Part shown: piece by piece, positions 1 to 10,267 of the stretch | Layout of the letters: the number at the start of each line of letters is the position of its first letter | Numbering within the stretch: the stretch's first letter is position 1 | NCBI GenBank assembly: GCA_017475935.1 | Contig: JAFVEP010000036.1 | Location: 1-45,774 of the forward strand | Reading direction: 5' to 3' | DNA from: Alphaproteobacteria bacterium | GTDB lineage: Bacteria > Pseudomonadota > Alphaproteobacteria > RF32 > CAG-239 | Length of the DNA stretch: 45,774 nucleotides | Notes under the pieces: generated by a model | What the model saw: the letters and a program-made list of their open reading frames with translations, nothing else | Database searches by the model: none | Told to the model about the DNA's origin: nothing | Translations under genes and position numbers: made by a program

Positions 1-516
1 GCCATGCGCCGCCACCTTTTGAACAAACAACGCGAACAAATAAGCACTATTTTGGCTACCATTGAAACGCAGTATGGCGCACTTTCCGCCAGCATGTCCG
101 ATTTTCAATCAGGAAACAATACACGTGTTTTTAAGAATCTCGGATGGATACCTGAAGACATGATCCAAGATAATACCGGTTTTGTTTATGACATTTTCAA
201 AAATAGAGCCATATTCTGGATAAATCGAGAAACAACATTCACTCTGTTTGGCTTTTATATTTACCTCAACAATGGCAATGCCTTTGAACAATGCGTCAAT
301 TTGTACCAAACAGCCATGTCCTTTCATTCTTCTTTGTGGGTTATTGAAATTCACAACGATGAAAATTATACAGCTGTAAGCTGGGGCGATAAATCCTGTT
401 ATGCAAGCGCTGCTCATTGCTTGCGAAACTCCACAACCCCATCCGATATTGCTCAATTCTGCCAACAATGCAAAGATAACAACAGATGTAATATCTATTA
501 CATATGGCATTTTTAG
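1..516 (+). CDS. Pilin/pseudopilin-like protein, probably 5'-truncated by the window edge
   Basis: The frame is open from base 1 (A-M-R-R-H-L-L-N-K-Q-R-E-Q-I-S-T-I). This resembles the helix that follows the hydrophobic N-terminus of type IV pilin-like proteins, and the C-terminus is Cys-rich (GDKSC...HCL...FCQQC...RCNIYYIW). The prepilin cleavage motif itself is not in the window. Confidence 0.5.
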   Translation, partial: AMRRHLLNKQREQISTILATIETQYGALSASMSDFQSGNNTRVFKNLGWIPEDMIQDNTGFVYDIFKNRAIFWINRETTFTLFGFYIYLNNGNAFEQCVNLYQTAMSFHSSLWVIEIHNDENYTAVSWGDKSCYASAAHCLRNSTTPSDIAQFCQQCKDNNRCNIYYIWHF

Positions 517-581
517 CGCTAAAAAATCACTTATGAAAAACTCACAACCTCGTTAACAAATTTCCGAGATAAAAAATAACA

Positions 582-735
582 TCATCTCTTTCGCGGCGTT
601 GCGCGTCTTTTTTTATTGTCATCGCTCGTACGGCACGCCGTGTCTTGTTTTTATTGTCATTCCTTGCGGTGTGCGGTGCTATACATCTTTTTTATTGTCA
701 TACTTTTCGCGGTGCGGTGCGTCTTTTTTATTTTA
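582..735. repeat. Array of four ~38-41 bp units: GC-rich segment followed by (g/a)TCTTTTTT(T)ATTGTCAT
   Basis: Conserved blocks at 605-622, 642-660, 685-701 and a degenerate one from 721, separated by related GC-rich 19-24 nt segments. Confidence 0.85.
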
Positions 736-1365
736 TTCAGCCAATTCATTCAGCCAGCGATGAACCTTGTTACGTACCGACGTTTGATATGCATCGCTTA
801 GGTTGTTAAAGCTTTCATATTTTTGAATATCCGCGTTTTGCGCCATCTTGACAAAGTCCGCATAAAAAGTTCCGGCATTGCTGCCTTGCGTCGAAAACGG
901 CACAACCTTTTTGCCCTTAAAGTCAACATTTTCCAAAAAACTGTACAAAGGTGTCGCCATGGTATACCACCATACCGGACCGCCGACAAAGACAATATCA
1001 TAATCCTCAATATTCGGCAATTCGCCTTGCAAAGCAGGATATTGCTGTTTTTCCAATTCTTTTTTGCTTTTCATATAAACTGATGGCGATGAATACGCTG
1101 TTTTCGGTTTGATTTCATATATATGCGCGTTGGTGGCTGAAGCAATCATATCGGCAATTTCTCTGGTGTGAAAAGTCATTGAATAATAAACCACCAACAC
1201 TTTACCTAAATTTCCCGTGTAATCTATATTCTGCTCATACTGAGTCATTTCCGTTTTATTTTTCTGCCCGACCTTATAAAGGTGAAGCAAACCTGCTACG
1301 CCGCCGATAATAACCGCCAGTACAACCGCATAAATACAAAACTTCAACATATTCATATTCCTCAC
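733..1365 (-). CDS. Flavodoxin family protein with N-terminal transmembrane anchor
   Basis: Motifs VLVVYYSMTFHTREIA, YDIVFVGGPVWWYT and FKGKKVVPFSTQGS; hydrophobic N-terminal helix. The true start may be one of the downstream ATGs. Confidence 0.85.
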   Translation of the reverse strand: MRNMNMLKFCIYAVVLAVIIGGVAGLLHLYKVGQKNKTEMTQYEQNIDYTGNLGKVLVVYYSMTFHTREIADMIASATNAHIYEIKPKTAYSSPSVYMKSKKELEKQQYPALQGELPNIEDYDIVFVGGPVWWYTMATPLYSFLENVDFKGKKVVPFSTQGSNAGTFYADFVKMAQNADIQKYESFNNLSDAYQTSVRNKVHRWLNELAE

Positions 1366-1386
1366 TTCTTTTACGTTTTATCAGAT

Positions 1387-1418
1387 AAAGAAGGCCGTCA
1401 TCACTGACAGCCTCCTTT
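1387..1418 (-). terminator. Intrinsic terminator after pgk
   Basis: Minus strand aaaggaggctgtca-gtga-tgacggccttcttt hairpin immediately after the pgk stop. Confidence 0.6.
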
Positions 1419-1425
1419 AATTTTT

Positions 1426-2634
1426 TTATTTTTTCATAATAACGACACCCGGCAGTTCTTTACCTTCCATCCATTCAAGAAAGGCTCCTCCGGCTGTAGA
1501 AATGTACGAAAATTTATCGGCCACGCCGGCATTTGCCAAAGCAGAAACCGTATCACCGCCGCCGGCAACCGTTGTCAGTTTACCTTCAACCGTCAAAGCT
1601 GCCGCATGCTGTGCAACTAAATTCGTCGCATTATCAAACTGTTTTAATTCGAAAGCGCCTAAAGGTCCGTTCCAAACCACCGTTTTGCATTCATCTAACT
1701 TAGAATTAATGTGCGCAATGGTCTTTTCACCGACATCCAACAAAGTACCGTCGCTCGGAATATTATCCAAATCAACCGTTTTATGTTCGGCATATGGTGC
1801 AAATTCTTTTGCCCAAACAACATCTTTCGGCAACAAAACTTCACAGTTATTTTCAGACGCTGTTTTCAAAATTTCACGCGCTGTATCCAACATATCCATT
1901 TGTACCAAGGAATTTTTTTCATTAATTCCCTCAGCACCTTGAACTTTCAAGAAAGTATGTGCCATACCGCCGGCAATAACCAACTTATCAACTTTTTTAA
2001 CCAGATTATTCAACAAATCAAGTTTAGTCGATACTTTTGAACCACCGACAACAGCCAGCAGCGGACGTTTCGGATCATTCAAACCATTGGTCAAGGCATT
2101 AACTTCTTCAGCCATCAGCAAACCCATTGCCGAAGGCAACAATTTCGGGGCAGCAACCATTGAAGCATGTGCGCGATGTGCTGTTGAAAACGCATCCGAA
2201 ACATAGGCATCAGCATATTTAACCAATTCTTTAGCCCATGCTTCATCGCCTTTTTTCTCTTCATTATAGTAACGCAGATTTTCCAATAAAAGAATTTCAT
2301 CTGCTTTCATATGACTGATCGCCTGACCAACTTTTTCGCCGATACAATCGTCAACAAAAACAACTTTTTTGCCGAGAGATTTTTCCAATTCCGGAGCTAC
2401 ATGTGACAGCGAATTTTTCACATCTCCCTTGCCTTCCGGACGGCCGAAGTGCGAAATAACAACAACTTTAGCTCCCTTAGCCATCAAAGTGCGAATGGTC
2501 GGAACCGTCCGATCAATACGCGCCGTATTAGTGACGTGAAAATTTTCATCCATCGGCACATTCAAATCGGCACGCAGCATAACAACTTTGCCGTTTAAAT
2601 CGCCTAAATCTTCAATAGTTTTATATCCTTGCAT
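1426..2634 (-). CDS. pgk: Phosphoglycerate kinase
   Basis: Motifs RADLNVP, SHFGRP, LLENLRY, GGSKVSTK, WNGPLG, AGGGDT, STAGGAFLEW. Start set to ATG 2634, preceded by AAGGA. Confidence 0.98.
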   Translation of the reverse strand: MQGYKTIEDLGDLNGKVVMLRADLNVPMDENFHVTNTARIDRTVPTIRTLMAKGAKVVVISHFGRPEGKGDVKNSLSHVAPELEKSLGKKVVFVDDCIGEKVGQAISHMKADEILLLENLRYYNEEKKGDEAWAKELVKYADAYVSDAFSTAHRAHASMVAAPKLLPSAMGLLMAEEVNALTNGLNDPKRPLLAVVGGSKVSTKLDLLNNLVKKVDKLVIAGGMAHTFLKVQGAEGINEKNSLVQMDMLDTAREILKTASENNCEVLLPKDVVWAKEFAPYAEHKTVDLDNIPSDGTLLDVGEKTIAHINSKLDECKTVVWNGPLGAFELKQFDNATNLVAQHAAALTVEGKLTTVAGGGDTVSALANAGVADKFSYISTAGGAFLEWMEGKELPGVVIMKK

Positions 2635-2657
2635 GAATTTGTCCTTATAAATAGTCC

Positions 2658-2686
2658 GATGCACTATTTAAGCAAAATAGTGCATC
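2658..2686. other. Perfect 12-bp stem-loop between gap and pgk
   Basis: gatgcactattt-aagca-aaatagtgcatc; no clear U-tract on the minus strand. Confidence 0.7.
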
Positions 2687-2704
2687 AGCGTTCACATTAA
2701 AAAA

Positions 2705-3769
<1,065 letters not shown>

Positions 3770-3875
3770 TCAAAAAACTGCCGTTAATTTATCATTAAGT
3801 ATAAATTTTTCAAGTATTTTTTTAAATACAAGAACAATTTTACAAATGTCCGTAACTTTACCGATTTTCAAACAT

Positions 3876-3902
3876 AAAAAAACCGCTCCTCAAGAGGAGC
3901 GG
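3876..3902 (-). terminator. Intrinsic terminator of the 3913-4386 gene
   Basis: ccgctcctc-tt-gaggagcgg followed by T7 on the minus strand. Confidence 0.85.
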
Positions 3903-3912
3903 AAAGCCGAGT

Positions 3913-4386
3913 TTACGATTCGGATTTTTTGTTTTCTTTTTCACTTTTCAACTCAGCGAAGTATACGCGGCGGCAGTGATGATCGTTCAATTTGAACATC
4001 AGCTCTTCCACTGCCTCTTGATACTTCTTGGCCAAGGGATGATACCATGTACCATCGTCCCTCAGGAAGTTGATCTGCCGAACATCCACACTCGGCTTGT
4101 CGCCGACGTTGACCTTCAAAACTTTGTATATGCGAATCACATACTTGGTTTCTTGGCGTTCGCCTTGCAAGATCAGATATCCCGGATAGACCGGTATCAA
4201 TGCATGGTTACTGTTGGCCAGATCACCGGTTTTCCGAATAAAAACCGCTGTCGGTTTGTGTCCATTCGGAGTACAGAGGATTGTTGCACGGCCTTTGGTC
4301 AGTTCTGCACCACCCCGTTCCCAGACGGCTATCAAGCCACTCTTCGTACGAAACGCCTTGAAGACTCTAGAATACTTATCCTTCAT
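3913..4386 (-). CDS. Hypothetical protein (~157 aa), stand-alone transcription unit
   Basis: ORF with own promoter and terminator; motif TKSGLIAVWERGG...GRATILC...NHALIPV. Start set to ATG 4386. Confidence 0.75.
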   Translation of the reverse strand: MKDKYSRVFKAFRTKSGLIAVWERGGAELTKGRATILCTPNGHKPTAVFIRKTGDLANSNHALIPVYPGYLILQGERQETKYVIRIYKVLKVNVGDKPSVDVRQINFLRDDGTWYHPLAKKYQEAVEELMFKLNDHHCRRVYFAELKSEKENKKSES

Positions 4387-4399
4387 AAGAAAAAATTTT

Positions 4400-4501
4400 A
4401 AAGATATGTTTGACTTACTTATATCGCTCACTATTGCGCATACAGCAGTGACTGATCGTCATAATGATGTGAGCCGCTACTTTCCGTCAAACGATATCCT
4501 T
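4400..4501 (-). ncRNA. Candidate structured 5' leader RNA (nested inverted repeats)
   Basis: 4403-4414 pairs with 4486-4498 (one bulge), 4426-4431 with 4469-4474, 4449-4452 with 4458-4461. It lies between a predicted promoter and the ORF start. Confidence 0.4.
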
Positions 4502-4536
4502 GATTAATGATATATAAATTGTACGTAATTAGGTAC

Positions 4537-4565
4537 ACATTATTCTGTTTTTTATTTTTTGTCAA
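4537..4565 (-). promoter_or_regulatory. Sigma70-type promoter
   Basis: TTGACA-N17-TAATGT on the minus strand. Confidence 0.55.
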
Positions 4566-4669
4566 GCATTTTTTCGTCTTTTATCCGAAAAGAAAATATA
4601 AAAGACAAATAGTTGCGCATAATTTATCTTCATCACTGTTTTACCAAACACAATTTTTAAGTTTTGCTT

Positions 4670-4698
4670 CTTGCATTCAAAAAATTTACGCCCTATAT
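4670..4698 (+). promoter_or_regulatory. RpoH (sigma32)-type heat-shock promoter of clpB
   Basis: CTTG-N18-CCTATAT, matching the alphaproteobacterial RpoH consensus, just upstream of the clpB RBS. Confidence 0.7.
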
Positions 4699-4715
4699 CC
4701 TATTTAAGGAGTAAA

Positions 4716-7223
4716 ATGATGAATCTAGAAAAATATACAGACAGAAGCCAAGGTTTTTTGCAAAATGCCGAAAAACTGGCTTCACGAAATCACAACCAAT
4801 ATATCGTGCCGCAACACTTGTTCAAAGTCTTGTTGCAAGACAGCAAAGGATTTGCCTCTAATTTGTTATTACAAGCAGAGGCTCAGCCGGATAAAATCCG
4901 CGCCTTGCTCGATGAAGAAATCGATAAATTACCGCAAGTCAACGGACAATCTGTTCAACTCAGCCTCTCACAAGATTTTATAAAAGTTTTGGATGACGCT
5001 GAAAATTTGGCTACCAAAGCCGGTGACAGTTTTGTCACGGTTGAGCGATTGCTGCAAGCCTTGGTTTTGTTTAAGTCTTACGGAATTGATGCCCGAAAAC
5101 TAAATCAGGCCGTCAACGAGCTTCGTCAAGGCCGTGTCGCCGACTCTGCTTCCGCGGAAGATAACTTTCAGGCTCTGCAAAAATATGCCATAGACTATAC
5201 CGAACGCGCGGCACAAGGTAAACTTGATCCGATAATCGGCCGTGATGAAGAAATTCGGCGAACGATTCAGGTTTTATCACGGCGTACCAAAAACAATCCG
5301 ATTCTAATCGGTGAACCGGGCGTCGGAAAAACAGCAATCGTCGAAGGATTGGCTTTACGAATTGTTAACGGAGATGTTCCGGAAAGTCTGATGCATAAAA
5401 AACTTATGGCCTTGGACATGGGTGCCTTAATTGCCGGTGCTAAGTTTCGCGGTGAATTTGAAGAACGGTTGAAAGCCATCTTAAAAGAAGTTGAAAGTGC
5501 CGAAGGTCAAGTTATTCTTTTCATTGATGAAATGCACACCGTTGTCGGCGCCGGCGCTTCGGAAGGATCTATGGATGCTTCAAATTTGCTCAAACCGGCT
5601 TTAGCCCGCGGGGATTTACATTGTATCGGCGCAACAACTCTTAAAGAATACCAAAAATATATCGAAAAAGATGCCGCTTTTGCCCGTCGTTTTCAACCGG
5701 TATATGTCGGTGAAACAAGTATTGAAGACACTATTTCAATTCTGCGCGGCATTAAAGAAAAATATGAACTGCACCACGGTGTTCACATTTCGGATGCCGC
5801 CCTCGTATCTGCAGCCGTTATGTCAAATCGTTACATTACCGATCGTTTTCTGCCTGATAAAGCTATTGATTTGATCGATGAAGCAGCCAGTAAACTCAAA
5901 ATGGCTATCGATTCGAAACCGGAAAAACTTGATGAACTTGATCGCCGTTTGATTCAACTCAAAATCGAGCGAGAAGCCTTGCGCAAAGAAACTGATGAAG
6001 CATCCCAAACGCGCCTCATGAAGTTAGAGCAAAACATCGCCGAACTGGAGAAAAAATCGGCCGCAGAAACAGAACGTTGGACGTTGAATAAAAATTCTTT
6101 AATGCAAGTAAATCGTTTGCGCGAACGCTTAGATAATGCCAAAATCGAAGTTGATAAGGCCTTAAGACAAGGACTGTACGAAAAAGCCGGAGAACTTCAG
6201 TATAAAGAAATTCCGGATCTTGAAGCACAGCTGAAAAGTCTGCAAACGGATGATCAGATACAAACATCTATGGAAACAGTAACGCCCGATATGATTGCCT
6301 CGGTTGTCTCTAAATGGACCGGTATTCCTGTTGACAAACTTGTTGGCAGTGAACGGGAAAAATTACTGCATCTGGAAGAAAACTTAGCCAAGCGTGTTGT
6401 CGGACAAACTGCGGCCATCTCCTCTGTTTCCAATGCTGTACGGCGTTCAAGATCCGGATTGCAAGATCCTAACCGTCCGATCGGATCATTTTTATTTCTC
6501 GGTCCGACCGGTGTCGGCAAGACCGAGTTGGCTAAGGCTCTAGCTGAATTTCTGTTTGACGAAGAAACCGCTTACATCCGTATAGATATGTCCGAATATA
6601 TGGAAAAACATGCCGTTGCTCGTTTGATCGGCGCACCTCCAGGCTATGTCGGTTATGATGAAGGCGGCGTGTTAACTGAGGCCGTACGTCGGCGTCCTTA
6701 TCAGGTTATTTTGTTTGATGAAGTGGAAAAAGCTCATCCGGATGTATTCAATCTTCTCTTACAGGTTTTGGATGAAGGCCGTTTAACCGATGGCAAAGGC
6801 CGCACGGTTGATTTCAAAAATACTTTTATCATTCTGACTTCAAATCTGATAACCGGTAATGAAACGCATGTCATGGAGAAACTGAAACAATTTTTCAAAC
6901 CGGAATTTTTGAACAGATTAGATGAGATACTGACATTTCATCCGCTGGAAAAAGAATCCATTCGGCAAATTGTTGATATTCAGATCCAAAAACTGCAAAA
7001 TCGCTTAAAAGACAGAAACATAAAGCTGATTCTCGATGATCAGGCGCGTGATTGGTTAGCCGAAAACGGCTACAATCCGGAATTCGGTGCGCGTCCGTTA
7101 AAACGATTGATTGTGCAGGAAATTGAAAATCCTCTCGCCGTTAAAATATTGGCTAATGAAATCCAAAACGGAAAAACCGTCAAAATCTCGGCAACCGATT
7201 CCGGTCTGAAGATCTCAACTTAA
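4716..7223 (+). CDS. clpB: ATP-dependent chaperone ClpB
   Basis: Two AAA+ modules ([16 protein letters not shown]), coiled-coil middle domain, FGARPLKR; AAGGAG RBS before ATG 4716. Confidence 0.97.
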   Translation: MMNLEKYTDRSQGFLQNAEKLASRNHNQYIVPQHLFKVLLQDSKGFASNLLLQAEAQPDKIRALLDEEIDKLPQVNGQSVQLSLSQDFIKVLDDAENLATKAGDSFVTVERLLQALVLFKSYGIDARKLNQAVNELRQGRVADSASAEDNFQALQKYAIDYTERAAQGKLDPIIGRDEEIRRTIQVLSRRTKNNPILIGEPGVGKTAIVEGLALRIVNGDVPESLMHKKLMALDMGALIAGAKFRGEFEERLKAILKEVESAEGQVILFIDEMHTVVGAGASEGSMDASNLLKPALARGDLHCIGATTLKEYQKYIEKDAAFARRFQPVYVGETSIEDTISILRGIKEKYELHHGVHISDAALVSAAVMSNRYITDRFLPDKAIDLIDEAASKLKMAIDSKPEKLDELDRRLIQLKIEREALRKETDEASQTRLMKLEQNIAELEKKSAAETERWTLNKNSLMQVNRLRERLDNAKIEVDKALRQGLYEKAGELQYKEIPDLEAQLKSLQTDDQIQTSMETVTPDMIASVVSKWTGIPVDKLVGSEREKLLHLEENLAKRVVGQTAAISSVSNAVRRSRSGLQDPNRPIGSFLFLGPTGVGKTELAKALAEFLFDEETAYIRIDMSEYMEKHAVARLIGAPPGYVGYDEGGVLTEAVRRRPYQVILFDEVEKAHPDVFNLLLQVLDEGRLTDGKGRTVDFKNTFIILTSNLITGNETHVMEKLKQFFKPEFLNRLDEILTFHPLEKESIRQIVDIQIQKLQNRLKDRNIKLILDDQARDWLAENGYNPEFGARPLKRLIVQEIENPLAVKILANEIQNGKTVKISATDSGLKIST

Positions 7224-7322
7224 GCATCGCCGAATTCTGTTGATATCAGACGAACAAGTGCGATCCTGAGCTTGACTTTTCACTTTTTTCAGCTAAAGTC
7301 GATAGTCAGCTAAGGAGTTTAT

Positions 7323-7979
7323 ATGGTTAAATTGATTAATGCAGATGAAGCCGTCAGTCTTTTTAAGTCAGGTCAAAGCTTGATGATCGGCGGCTTTTTA
7401 TCGTGCGGCACGCCGGATATGGTGATTGATCGCCTCGTTCAGACAGCTCTGAAAGATTTTACCTTAATAGCCAACGATACAACAACACCGGATTGCAACC
7501 GCGGCAAGCTGATCAGTGCACATAAAATCAAAAAAGCAATTGTCACACACATCGGAACCAATCCGGAAACAATTGCGCAAATGAACAACGGAGAAATCGA
7601 AGTGGACCTTGTTCCGCAAGGTACGCTGGCTGAACGTATCCGCGCCGGTGGTGCGGGACTGGGCGGCATTCTAACGCCGGTCGGTGTCGGAACCGATGCG
7701 GCACAAAATAAAGAAATAATCCGTATTGACGATCGAGATTATCTTCTGGAAAAACCGTTAAAAGCTGATATTGCACTAATTTATGCCACATATGGCGACG
7801 CCTACGGCAACCTTGCATATGATGGAACCACGAGAAATTTTAATGTTCTTATGCCTTTGGCTGCAGATACCACCATCGTTGAAGTGGAAAATTTCTCCGA
7901 TACGCCGCTTGATCCGAATCAGGTAATCGTTCCCGGTATTTTTGTAGATTATATGATCGTAAGGAATAAACATGGATAA
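7323..7979 (+). CDS. atoD: Acetate/3-oxoacid CoA-transferase alpha subunit
   Basis: [27 protein letters not shown]...RNFN, VIVPGIFVD. Confidence 0.9.
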   Translation: MVKLINADEAVSLFKSGQSLMIGGFLSCGTPDMVIDRLVQTALKDFTLIANDTTTPDCNRGKLISAHKIKKAIVTHIGTNPETIAQMNNGEIEVDLVPQGTLAERIRAGGAGLGGILTPVGVGTDAAQNKEIIRIDDRDYLLEKPLKADIALIYATYGDAYGNLAYDGTTRNFNVLMPLAADTTIVEVENFSDTPLDPNQVIVPGIFVDYMIVRNKHG

Positions 7980-8613
7980 AGATAAAATTCAGGAAATTAT
8001 TGCCCGTCGGGTTGCTCGTGAATTTCATGATCGGGATGTTATTACTTTGGGCATAGGCCTCCCGACAAAATCCATACAATATATTCCGCATGATATTCAA
8101 GTCAACATATTATCGGAAAACGGCATTTTCGGAGTCGGCTCCTACCAAACGGAAGAAAATTATGATCCGCACATCATTAATGCCGGCGGAGTCGGTGTGA
8201 CAATTAAAGCAGGCGGCTGTTTTATAGACAGTTTTATGTCTTTTTCCATGATCCGCGGCGGTCATATTGATGTAACGGTTCTCGGTGCATTACAAGTGGA
8301 TCAGGAGGGTAATCTGGCCAACTGGTGCATTCCGGGTAAATTTACCCCAGGAATGGGCGGTGCAATGGATTTGGTTGTCGGCACAAAAAAATTGATCATT
8401 GCTATGGAACACACGGCCAAAGGAGCTCCGAAAATTTTAAAAAAATGTACCTTACCTTTAACGGTTGCGCAAAAAGTCAATATGATTGTTACTGAAAAGG
8501 GTGTTTTTGAAGTAACACCGCAAGGTTTGTGTCTGCGCGAGATCAGCCCTTATTCATCTTTGGAAGATATCAAGCAAACAACCGAGGCTGATTTTATCAC
8601 CGACTTAAAATAA
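7972..8613 (+). CDS. atoA: Acetate/3-oxoacid CoA-transferase beta subunit
   Basis: IARRVAREF, LGIGLPT, catalytic SENG, IRGGHID, GMGGAMDL; 8-bp overlap with the alpha subunit. Confidence 0.9.
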   Translation: MDKDKIQEIIARRVAREFHDRDVITLGIGLPTKSIQYIPHDIQVNILSENGIFGVGSYQTEENYDPHIINAGGVGVTIKAGGCFIDSFMSFSMIRGGHIDVTVLGALQVDQEGNLANWCIPGKFTPGMGGAMDLVVGTKKLIIAMEHTAKGAPKILKKCTLPLTVAQKVNMIVTEKGVFEVTPQGLCLREISPYSSLEDIKQTTEADFITDLK

Positions 8614-8626
8614 GGAGCAATCACTC

Positions 8627-8947
8627 ATGAAACTTGCAGATTTTGTTATTAAGGCCGTTAACGAAACAAATTCACATCAAATTGAAAAATATCGGAATTT
8701 TTTGAAACGGCTGTTCAGTAAATATATTCGACGCATTCAGCGGGATACGTCCCTTTCTGAAAAAGAAAAGCAGAAACTTCTCAAAAAATATACTGATGTA
8801 TCTGAGAATCTCTTATCCGTTTTAATGTATAAAAACATGCTTGTTTGTGACAAGAAAATCTTATACGATCTGTTCAGTTCAGCGGAAAACGAAGAAGAAG
8901 ATGAAGAGGAAAAAATGTTTTATCCGAATCGTTCGGAAACCGAATGA
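8627..8947 (+). CDS. Hypothetical protein, 106 aa, acidic C-terminus
   Basis: AAGGAG RBS, operonic with the CoA transferase; 3' end overlaps ruvC by 28 bp. Confidence 0.65.
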   Translation: MKLADFVIKAVNETNSHQIEKYRNFLKRLFSKYIRRIQRDTSLSEKEKQKLLKKYTDVSENLLSVLMYKNMLVCDKKILYDLFSSAENEEEDEEEKMFYPNRSETE

Positions 8948-9408
8948 CGATAGTGACTGCGTGTAATTGCCATAGCCAGAGCATCGGAAGAATCGTTATT
9001 TTTCGGCGAGCAACCCGGTAAAAGAATTTTAATCATCGTTTCAACCTGACTTTTTTCTGCATGTCCGACACCGACCAAAGCTTTTTTAACTTTATTCGGC
9101 TCATATTCATACAACGGAATCGAATAGTATCCCGGGGCTAAGACAACAACTCCCCTCGCCATGCTCAACTTCAGAGATGTTGCCGGATTGGTATTCAGAA
9201 ATGTTTTTTCAATAGCCGCTTCATCCGGTTTATAGGTTTCAATAACCTGACATAATGCACGGAAAATGATGTCCAGTCTGGTTTCAATGGCCTGTTTCGG
9301 ATCAGTCGGTATAAAACCGTCTGCAACATACTGCAGACGGTTTCCTTGTACTTCAATAATCCCCCATCCGGTAGAAGATAAACTCGGATCAAGTCCAAGA
9401 ATACGCAT
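8920..9408 (-). CDS. ruvC: Holliday junction resolvase RuvC
   Basis: ILGLDP...GWG, AIE, ARG, VKKALVGVGHAEKSQV, SDALAMA; follows yebC. Confidence 0.95.
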   Translation of the reverse strand: MRILGLDPSLSSTGWGIIEVQGNRLQYVADGFIPTDPKQAIETRLDIIFRALCQVIETYKPDEAAIEKTFLNTNPATSLKLSMARGVVVLAPGYYSIPLYEYEPNKVKKALVGVGHAEKSQVETMIKILLPGCSPKNNDSSDALAMAITRSHYRHSVSERFG

Positions 9409-9413
9409 ATTCT

Positions 9414-10172
9414 CTATTCTTCCGCTGAAAGCTGAGCCATGACATCGTCAGCAATATCTGCATTATGATAAACATGTTGAACATCTTCATCATCTTCCAA
9501 CGCATCAATGAACTCTAAAAATTTTTTCGCTGTATCCAAATCTGTGATTTCAGTTTTCACTGTCGGTTTCCAATCCAATCGAGAAGCAGACGGCGTCCCA
9601 TATTTTGCTTCCAATGCAGATGTCACGGTCGCCAAATCATCAGGCAACGTTTCAATTTCATGATTTTCTTCATCTGAAACAACATCATTCGCACCTGCTT
9701 CCAAAGCAGCTTCAAACATTTCATCGGCGCCGGCCACGGAAACAGGATACTGAATATAACCGATGCGTTCAAAATTGAAAACCACCGAACCGCTCTCACC
9801 CATTGTACCGCCGCGTTTGCCGAACAATGTACGCACATTTCCCGCTGTACGATTTTTGTTATCGGTCAATGCTTCAACAATAACAGCCACTTTGCTGGCC
9901 GAAAAGCCTTCATAACGCATGCTGACAAAATCTGCACCGCCGGCAACTGTCGTCGCCTTGGCAATAGCTCTTTCGATATTATCTTTCGGCATACTTTCCG
10001 CGCGGGCAGCTTGAATTGCTAAACGTAAACGCGGATTTTTATCCGGTTCCGGAAGTCCGCTCTTGGCTGCAACGGTAATCTCACGGGCCAATTTTGCAAA
10101 CACACGGGCTTTTTTAGCATCTTGAGCCCCTTTGCGATACATAATATTCTTAAATTGTGAATGTCCTGACAT
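9414..10172 (-). CDS. yebC: YebC/PmpR family protein
   Basis: MSGHSQFKNIMYRKGAQD, NPRLR, MPKDNIERAI, LTDNKNRT, EDVQHVYHN. Confidence 0.96.
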   Translation of the reverse strand: MSGHSQFKNIMYRKGAQDAKKARVFAKLAREITVAAKSGLPEPDKNPRLRLAIQAARAESMPKDNIERAIAKATTVAGGADFVSMRYEGFSASKVAVIVEALTDNKNRTAGNVRTLFGKRGGTMGESGSVVFNFERIGYIQYPVSVAGADEMFEAALEAGANDVVSDEENHEIETLPDDLATVTSALEAKYGTPSASRLDWKPTVKTEITDLDTAKKFLEFIDALEDDEDVQHVYHNADIADDVMAQLSAEE

Positions 10173-10267
10173 TTAAATATCTCCTAAACTCATTGACTAT
10201 GAGCTTTTATACCCTAAAACAGAAAAAATTTTCAAGTTTTTTTTCAATAAAAGCACAAATAAATCTT

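Noticed and set aside
582-735. CRISPR array interpretation of the repeat/spacer pattern
   Set aside because: Repeats are only 17-19 nt and vary, spacers are short and similar to one another, and no cas gene is in the window.
616-801. 61-aa ORF across the repeat array
   Set aside because: TTG start without RBS, a product of the repeat sequence, and it overlaps the flavodoxin 3' end.
3784-3798. CtrA-box match TTAA-N7-TTAA upstream of gap
   Set aside because: A few such matches are expected by chance in 45 kb of AT-rich DNA, and gap is not a typical CtrA target.
4403-4498. Integron attC site or retron msr-msd reading of the inverted repeats
   Set aside because: The GTT/AAC boxes are in the wrong order for attC, and there is no integron integrase or reverse transcriptase nearby.
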